Below are positions 56,201 to 64,000 of a DNA stretch of 64,000 nt, piece after piece. Under the pieces are notes generated by a model, which searched no databases, was not told the DNA's origin, and saw only the letters and a program-made list of their open reading frames with translations. The DNA comes from the human T2T-CHM13v2.0 reference genome, Homo sapiens. Position 1 is the first letter of the stretch. The number at the start of each line of letters is the position of its first letter. The position numbers and the translations under genes are program-made. The stretch lies in assembly GCF_009914755.1 (NCBI RefSeq), contig NC_060927.1; one strand, given 5' to 3'.

Positions 56201-58940
56201 CATCCTGTTCTCTTCTGGGGATCAACATTTCAATAGAAGGTTAGCCTAGGGGCTTTATCCCAACATTTTCTTCCCAAAGTCGTGGCAGTTCTTAACAGTG
56301 TTGTTCACATAACATTAACAATGCATGAAGCCACCATGCCAATGCTTGCCTAGGGTTATGCCTCAGTCACCCCTTTCCCTTTCATTCAGGAACATCCTTT
56401 AGAATGCAAGTGGATGGCTGACATATTAGTAGAATGATTAACATCTGTCTTTATTTATTAAAAATGGTATCTATCCTCAGGCTTTGGTGCTTGGACTTTC
56501 ATGAGTGACATGTTGCCATTGAGACCAGCTGTCCTTGAATAACAACACCTCAGTAGACTGTACCTTTTACTGAAGTGCTATGAGTTTGCTTCTCTTCAAA
56601 AATGATCTTGTAACTGGTTGCCAAGGCCATTGTGAGAATCGATGCTCTCCAGCTTTAGGCCCTCACTCTCAGGGTGAGGAGCAGTGGGAGGCTGCGTGAT
56701 AACATTTAAAGCTCACAGAGGGAAACATTTTTGCACTGACTGTGCCAGAATCCCATGCTTTGTGGCCAATATAATGGATTTCATTTGGGGCCCTGCATAG
56801 GCCAATTGTCATGATATGGTTGGGAAACTTTCCATCAGCTACTGTGAGATCCATCACTCTGTTCCCTACCTCTGTTTCTGGCTTCTCCATTCCTGGTCAC
56901 ATTTTATGAAGCAGCCAACCATCCAGATTGGGATTTCATGCTCTGCTGCACTTCTGCCCAAGTTATTTCTCTTACAAAGGCCTCCTTTACAAAATCCTTA
57001 ATCTAAGTAATGCGTAGAAGGCGTATTAATGGGTAGCAAGTGAAAGAAGGCAAGAGCCAGCTACTTCCTGAAAATTATTGTCATTAGAGCATTTCCATGA
57101 AGGCCGAACAATTCATTAGGGTGAGTCCAGGCAAAAGCCCCATCCCCCAAAACATATGTAATGAATTCAGATCTAATTGGCCATGGTCCAGTCTAGTTCT
57201 AAGGGTCATTCTTGGCATTTTGGAGGTCAGAAGAAAGGTTTGATTTGAAGTTTGTTATGTTTCCCACATGTTATATTTAAGTTTGTTCATTATGTTCATT
57301 GGATGTTCCCATTGGCTTTTAGTTCTGGACAAAGGTTAGGTAAATTATTCAACCCTGGCTCATCCTGCCATCAATCCGATGCCTCAGTGCAAAAGACATT
57401 CACACCCATGTCCCAGTACACGAAAGGGATTCACAGGGCAACCTAGGATTTGAGTGGGAAGGAGGCCTTGAATGAGAGTGATGGTTTCAGATTGACATTG
57501 GTTTTGTTGGCTGGAAAGAGATCCTGATTCTTTTATCTGTGGAATTTTCTTTGTAGTCCCAGTATCAGAGTGTGGCTAATGTCTCCAAAGCTTTACCGAG
57601 AAGCTGTATGATGATAAAGCCTTTGAGTAAGGCTGTCCATAGGCTTTTGCTGACTGTTGAATTTCCATGGTCTGCTCATCCAAGAATTTCACTATGTGGG
57701 GTAGCTTGAAGGAGAGGGAGATTCTGGGGAAATGACTGCCTGAGTTTTTATTTGCTTGTTTCACTTCAGCAGAGGAGTGAGAAAAGTAAGTGGCACATTG
57801 AGTTTGTGTATAGAAGGAGCTGTTTATCTGATGGAAAGGCCCTTCCAAATCCTGTTTTCATTCTCTTTTGCTGTTGGAGTTAGACCCCATTTATAATAAT
57901 TAAGACTTGGTTATGCGACTTTAAGTCCACCTGTATCCACAGAGAGGCTAGAGATGTGCATTGTTTAAAGCTTTCAAGTGCTGAACAATGAATGAAGGTT
58001 ATGGTCTGGCAAGGTAATTGTTTATTTGAAGCCAAAGTCAGAGATGTGGGAGACATAATTTAAAGAACTCAGGGGCCTTATATTCCTGGCCTCGAGTCGA
58101 TCAAAGAACATATAAAACCATCCAGTGAAACTTTTCTGGATTTCTAACTGAATAATCCATTCTAATTCACTGGTCTTTAATCTCTGAGAATGAGAAGTAG
58201 CTGAGTGGTATCACATGATATATACAAAGGTGTTATCGAATTTGATGGCAGGCGAAAACTGTTTTGCCTGCATGTTCTAATGAAACATGGAAGTTTCAAG
58301 TCAGTGAGATAAATTTTAAGGTTTAGATTACTAGCTGTGTGGCCCACTCTGTAGAGCTACCAAAGACAAAGTGACAGAAAAATAACCCTAATAAACACTT
58401 CTTCGAAAGGATGGAGTTGAACAGGATCCTTTTGGTTGGAGACCTTGTGATTACTGCCAAATTGGTTGTTTATAATAGGTAAGTGTTGATTGAGCAGAGA
58501 CAAAGCTGGAATCTTAGCATTGAATACCCCCAGCCTTGGCCCAAGTATGCAGGAGGTAGAGAGTTGGGCTATTTGGAAAAGAGACAGATAATTAAATCTT
58601 TTAGAGGAGAATGCTTTTGAATGCATATTTGTAAGTTAAGCCATAATTTAAATGCTCAAATCCTAGGCGGCTCCAGAATTTCCTCCAACACCTGAATTCA
58701 TGGTGGAGGGGTGAGACCCTGACAAGCCTTGACAGTCTTTTAGGCATTCATTTATTTTTCGCCAGACCAGTTTGGTTTTGACTTAAATCTTGGGTCTTAA
58801 GTTTTTCTCTTTTTCTGTAACCCTATTGATTGAAAAGACAATTTTTTTTTCTTTTGGTTTTCCACTAATTCTGGTATGATAAGGTGAGGCCAATTTTAAA
58901 TAACTATTTTTTACATCTGCTTATCAACCCTAAAACCTAA

Positions 58941-59262
<322 letters not shown>

Positions 59263-59310
59263 TTCATTTTTAAACTCCAGCTGCAGACTGCTTAAAGTCC
59301 TCTCTCTCTC

Positions 59311-59562
59311 TTTTTTTTTTTTCTTAAAGAGAGGGTCTCCCTCTGTTGCCCAGGCTGGAGGGCAGTGGCATGATCTCGATTCACTAAAGCCTTAGCCTCC
59401 TGGGTTCAAGTGATCCTCCCACTCAGCCTCCCGAGTAGTTGGGACTGCAGGTGTACATCACCATGCTGGGCTAATTTTTAAATTTTTTTGTAGAGACAGG
59501 GTCTCACTATGTTACCTAGACTTGTCTCGAACTCCTGGACTCAAGTGATCCTTCTGCCTTGG
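59311..59562 (-). mobile_element. 5'-truncated AluJ
   Basis: gtgatcctccc, agagacagggtctcactatgtt; stops at ctgccttgg. Confidence 0.88.
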
Positions 59563-59589
59563 AAGTCTTATCTTTTAAAATCCATCACT

Positions 59590-59888
59590 TGCCAGGCATG
59601 GTGGCTCACACCTGTCATCACAGAATTTTGGGAGGCCAAAGTGGGATGGTTGCTTGTGACCAGTAGTTCAAGACCAGCCTGGGTAGCATAGCGAGACCCT
59701 ATCCATACAAAAAAATTTGAAAATTAGCTGGAAATGATGGCATGTGCCTGTGGGTCCAGCTACTCAGAAGGCTGAGGTGGGAGGATTACTTGATCCTAGG
59801 AGTTTGAGTCTGCAGTGAGCCATGGATTGCCACTGCACTCTAGCCTGCATGAAAGAGCAAGACCCTGTCTCTAAAATAAAAATAAAAT
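59590..59888 (+). mobile_element. AluJ
   Basis: Diverged two-arm Alu with (taaaa)n tail; degenerate TSD taaaatc. Confidence 0.9.
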
Positions 59889-60001
59889 CAGTCGCCTACC
59901 ACCTGGTAGAGGTATTATTTTCCAAAACAACAACAACAAAAGTCTTTTGTTTTCACACACGCACACAGGGAGAGAGGTGGGAGTCAAAAATCAGAGAATC
60001 G

Positions 60002-60200
60002 ACTCATTCATTTGCTAAATATTCATTTGTTCATGCATTGAGCAAGTATTTGTGGAGCACCTATTGTGTACCAGGCATTGAATTAGCACCTACGAATAGC
60101 ACAGGTGAACAGTGGTTACTGAGAAGTCAGGAAATAAATAAGCAAACCCCAAATAAAATACTTAATGGCAAATTGTGGTAAGTATGATGAAGGGAAAATC
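60002..60200 (-). mobile_element. L2 3' end
   Basis: caagtatttgtggagcacctattgtgtaccaggcattg. Confidence 0.75.
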
Positions 60201-60219
60201 AATGTCTTGAAGAAATATT

Positions 60220-60618
60220 TGTATTAACGAGGCTAGGCTGACCTGTGTTGCCATAACAATAATAATGAATATGAAATCTAAATGACTTAACAAAAATGAA
60301 GATTTATTTCTTCTCACATTCCAATATGATGCAGATTGAATAGTTCTATTGGGATTTGAGGATCCAGTGTCCTTCTGTCATTGGTGCCACCAACTTTAAC
60401 GTGCGGTCTTGACAGTTGTGGCAAGCGGGAGAGAAAGATTGAGGCAAATTGCACAGGCAGGTTTTTAGCCAGCTGGGAAGTGGGTATATCATTTCTGTTC
60501 ATATTCCATTGTCCAGAATTTAGCCACATGGACCCACCAACATGACTACCAGGAAAACTGGGAAACACAGTCCTCCTGAGTACATAAGAAGAGAAAATGG
60601 GATTGGTGAACAGCTTGA
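60220..60618 (-). mobile_element. Old MaLR LTR (MLT1I-L-like)
   Basis: tgtatta...ggctaggct...ataacaa; catattccattgtccagaatttagccacatgg; ggattggtgaacagct. Confidence 0.7.
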
Positions 60619-61014
60619 TTTTAATGGAAGATTTCATTTAGACCAGAGGCTCCAAGAGCCTCTCCCTATAGAAATGATTTTTAACTGGTAATTAGAATAT
60701 TAATTGTTAGCCACATTGAGTGTAATGGGAATACATTACATTTTAAGTATGTTTAGAGACCTTACAACCATTACTATAGATTTGCTACCAGTTAGGAGGA
60801 TATTACTTAGAATATTTAATTAAATCTCCTTACCTACAATTGAAAATGTTAAAAAGTCAGAGGCCCAGCTGAGGAGGCAATTTAATTACAATCTGGGTAA
60901 ACTGAACAACCAGTGTCACTGTCATTCATCTGTGGCTATGTAGCATATTTTGATAGAAGGTAATTGAACTTTTGCCATCAAATAACAAACAGGGGAGAGG
61001 CTGTTTGATTGGTG

Positions 61015-61165
61015 AGCAAAGGCCAAACTTTGGACTCACAGAGGGCTGAACTCTTATCCTAATTGTGCCATAAAATAACGTGATTTTTCTCAAGCCAGCT
61101 TACCTCTCTGAGCCAGCTTTCTCTCGCATAAAAAAGGAGAGTAATAGCCACTGTTCACTGGGTAC
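61015..61165 (+). mobile_element. MIR fragment
   Basis: cttacctctctgagccagctttctc...aaaaaggagagtaatag. Confidence 0.55.
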
Positions 61166-61289
61166 CATGTACGTAAGACTGTGCCTCAGCGCTCCACATT
61201 GCCTTACTAAATGACATAAAGTGAACAGCACACACACAAAAGACCTATTGCACCAGTTAGGATAAGCCAACTTCAAACATCTGTCACCC

Positions 61290-61715
61290 GGAGACAGAGC
61301 AGTTCTGGAGCTGGCTAATTCAGCAGCTCAAAGTAATTTTTATAGCGATACTCTCTGCCATTCTTAACATGTAAACAATGACACTATCATAGTCTCAGGT
61401 GATGGCAGCAGTTTGAGGAGACACCAGTGGATTTTCTATATCTCTTTTTATCTTATAAAAGAGGGAGTTCTTCCCTACCCCCACACAGGCACCTCTGTAG
61501 ATCCCATTGGCCAGAAATGGGTCACATGTTTATGCCAGAACCAATCATTGGCAAAACAGATGGGATTACCATGATTAACATAGACCAATCGTGATTCCAC
61601 ACTGGGACTTGGGAGGAAGCCACATCTCTGAACATAGAAGAGTGGATATCTGGACAAAGTTGGGACTCTGGGAAAAAGGAGAAATAGGGATGATGTTAGG
61701 TAGACAGTTGGCAGT
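61290..61715 (-). mobile_element. MLT1K-like MaLR LTR
   Basis: cattggccagaaatgggtcacatg...aaccaatcattggcaa...gggattaccatgatt...tagaccaatc. Confidence 0.75.
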
Positions 61716-62122
61716 ACCTGCCCTTCCTCATCTGCTGCTACCAGACCACGTAAGCTCTCTGACATGCTTGCCACTTGGAGTAGCTCCCTCATAGCTTTCT
61801 GCAGATAAATATAAAATGCCTAAAGCTAGATAAAGGTTGTCTTCCTCCCCTCCCTCCCTTCCCTTTAAATGCTATATGGTGAATATTAAACTTATCAAAT
61901 ACAGCCTGTGTTTTAATGCAAGAAATAATAGAGACAATTTTGAGTAGGAGGAGGAGCTGCCATGGGGAGAAGGCCTACTATTATAAGAGGGCTCTAGACA
62001 GCCTGGTTAAAATTCTAACTCTACAACTTACTTGTTAGGTGACCTCAGGCAAGAGTATAAAGCTCTCAATGCCAGTTTCTTCATCTGTAAAAATGGAGAT
62101 TATCATCTTGATAAAGCCTACC

Positions 62123-62969
62123 TGTATTCATTTCCTGTTTATGTTGTAACAAATTACTACAAATGTAGTGGCTTAAACAACTCCATTTACTATCTGACAG
62201 TTCTTGGAGTCAGAGATCAGATGAAGGTCTCACTGGGTTAAAGTCAAGGTGTCAGCTGAACTGTATTCCTTTCTGGAGACGCAAGGAGAGTAATATGGTT
62301 TGGCTGTGTCCCCACCCATCTTGAATTGTAACTCCCACAATTCCTATGCGTTGTGGGAGGGACCTGGTGGGAAGTAGTTGAATCATGGGGTCAGGCCTTT
62401 CCTGTGCAATTCTCATGATAGTGAATAAGTCTCTCGAGATCTGATGGTTTTATAAGGGGGATTTTCCCTGCACAAGCTCCATTCTCTTGTCTGCCACCAC
62501 GTGAGATGTGCCTTTCACCTTCCACCATGATTGTGAGGCCTCTCCAGCCACGTGGAACTGAGAGTCTATTAAACCTCTTTATTTTGTAAATTGCCCAGTC
62601 TTGGGTATGTCTTTATCAGAAGCATGTAAACGGACTAATACAAAGAGAATGTGTTTTCTTGCCTTTTCCATTTTCCAGAGGCTGTCTGAATTTCTTGGCC
62701 CATTGCCCCTTCCATCTGCAAAGCCCAGCCACAGCCGGCTTAGTCTATCTTGCACGGCAGCACTAACTCTGAAACTCTCTTCCACTTTAAACAACCCTGT
62801 GGTTGCATTGGTCCCATGGGATAACTGGCCCTATTTTAACATCATCTGATTAGCAATCTTAATTCCATCTGCAACCTTAATTCCCCTTTGTCATATAACA
62901 TCACATAATCACAAACTCCTAGACATCATGGGGACAGGGGTAGGGGAACATAGTATTCTGCCCACCATA
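62123..62969 (-). mobile_element. MLT1D-like LTR split by THE1
   Basis: tgtattcatttcctg...gtaacaaattactacaaa; tgattagcaatcttaattccatctgcaaccttaattcccctttg; ends tattctgcccaccata; TSD ctacc/ctact. Confidence 0.87.
62291..62642 (+). mobile_element. THE1B-like solo LTR
   Basis: taatatggtttggctgtgtccccaccc...cggactaataca; TSD gagag/aagag. Confidence 0.93.
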
Positions 62970-63454
62970 CTACTCATAGGAATGTTGTGATGATTAGGTG
63001 AGAAGACTCCTGTAATGGCTTAGAACAGTGCCAGTCACATAAGCAAATGTTCAGTAATTGTTCTTTGTGACCCCATTATGTCTTATCATTTAATGAGTTT
63101 GTTTTATACAGGAACAGGCTATTGGGAGTTCTGTCTTGAGGAAGCATCTGATGCTACTTTGCTCACTGCTAGAAGTGATGATAGAAGGACAGAGATCTTA
63201 GTGAGAGCCAACTCCTTCTTGCTTTCTAAAGCCAAAGCTCAAGGTCTGAGCTCTCTTTGGAATTAGGTGATTCTCCACAGAAAACGTGTGGTTTGGGCAA
63301 AGCCAATTTTATGAGTAACAAGAATGAAATAAACTGGGGAAGATCCAAGCAGATAACATTATCCTCACATAAAAGTGGCCAATAGAAAGAAGTTAAGAGC
63401 CACCCTTCCCTGGATCACGTTGTATAGCCTGTGTAAGAGAAGGAGTGCTGTATG

Positions 63455-63620
63455 TAGTTAAGATAATGGACCCTGGAGTTGAAATTCCTCTTTTCTTCTC
63501 ATTATCTGGATGACCTCAAGCCTTAGCTTCCCCATTTGTAAGATGTGGATAAAAATAGTTTCTACCGCAGGATGAGATGAGGTCTGGAAAGTTCACACAA
63601 CGTAAGTGCTTGGCACAAGG
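63455..63620 (+). mobile_element. MIR SINE
   Basis: gtagttaag...gccttagcttccccatttgtaagatgtggataa...gtgcttggcaca. Confidence 0.65.
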
Positions 63621-64000
63621 AGGGCCTGGCAGAAACTGCTAGGTCAGAGATAACTCTGGGAGGGTTCATACACAGTAAGGGTCTCATTGCAAATAATTAA
63701 AGTTGAGAGAGCCACTCTCCTGCCTGGCTGGGGCTAAGGAGTCTGTAGCCTTAGAGTATTATGTTCAAAATTCTACTCTCATGCAGTTAAATCTTAGCCT
63801 GAATGTTTATTCCATTAAACTTTCCCTCCAGATTGCATCATATGTAATTACAAGATGAAAATATTGTGTGGAGAATGTAGCCATTGTTCAAGTTTCACAT
63901 ATGTGATGATGGTTTTTGAATCTTCTTGGTGGGGAGGAGGTTAGATTTGTTGGTTGAGGTGGATTGTGACAAGTGAGCAGAGGGACAGACAGCAGAAAGC

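Larger units (their letters stand above)
61990..63062 (+). mobile_element. MIR split by MLT1D (pieces ~61990-62122 and 62970-63062)
   Basis: cagtttcttcatctgtaaaaatggagat...cctacc resumes as ctactcatagg..ttgtgatgatta...cttagaacagtgcc. Confidence 0.8.

Overview
This is primate (human-like) non-coding genomic DNA. I found no supportable protein-coding exon, RNA gene, CRISPR array or CpG island. The ORF track is explained by Alu/L1/L2 read-through or chance. The window is a layered transposon landscape: about 21 Alu-family copies, a solo HERV-H LTR7 with intact 5-bp target-site duplication (TSD), MaLR LTRs (THE1, MLT1), L1MA/L1ME/L1PA fragments, L2, MIR and DNA-transposon fossils (MER45A, MER58A x2, Charlie4a, Tigger3b, MER5, MER3). 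Several repeat-poor stretches carry homeodomain-type motifs. Most L1/LTR copies are on the minus strand, compatible with (but not proving) a large intron of a plus-strand gene; I could not identify the locus. I did not find a new biological system. The most unusual features seen directly are: (1) an Alu flanked by a 102-bp direct duplication; (2) a ~70-bp copy of an Alu/flank junction pasted 2.1 kb away inside an L2; (3) a TSD-flanked Alu left-monomer derivative with a non-Alu 3' segment and its own oligo-T stop; (4) a twin-priming-type 5' inversion in an old L1MA; (5) a perfect 15-bp hairpin next to an 8-bp hairpin in unique DNA. Subfamily names come from recalled consensus sequences, and boundaries of old repeats are approximate.
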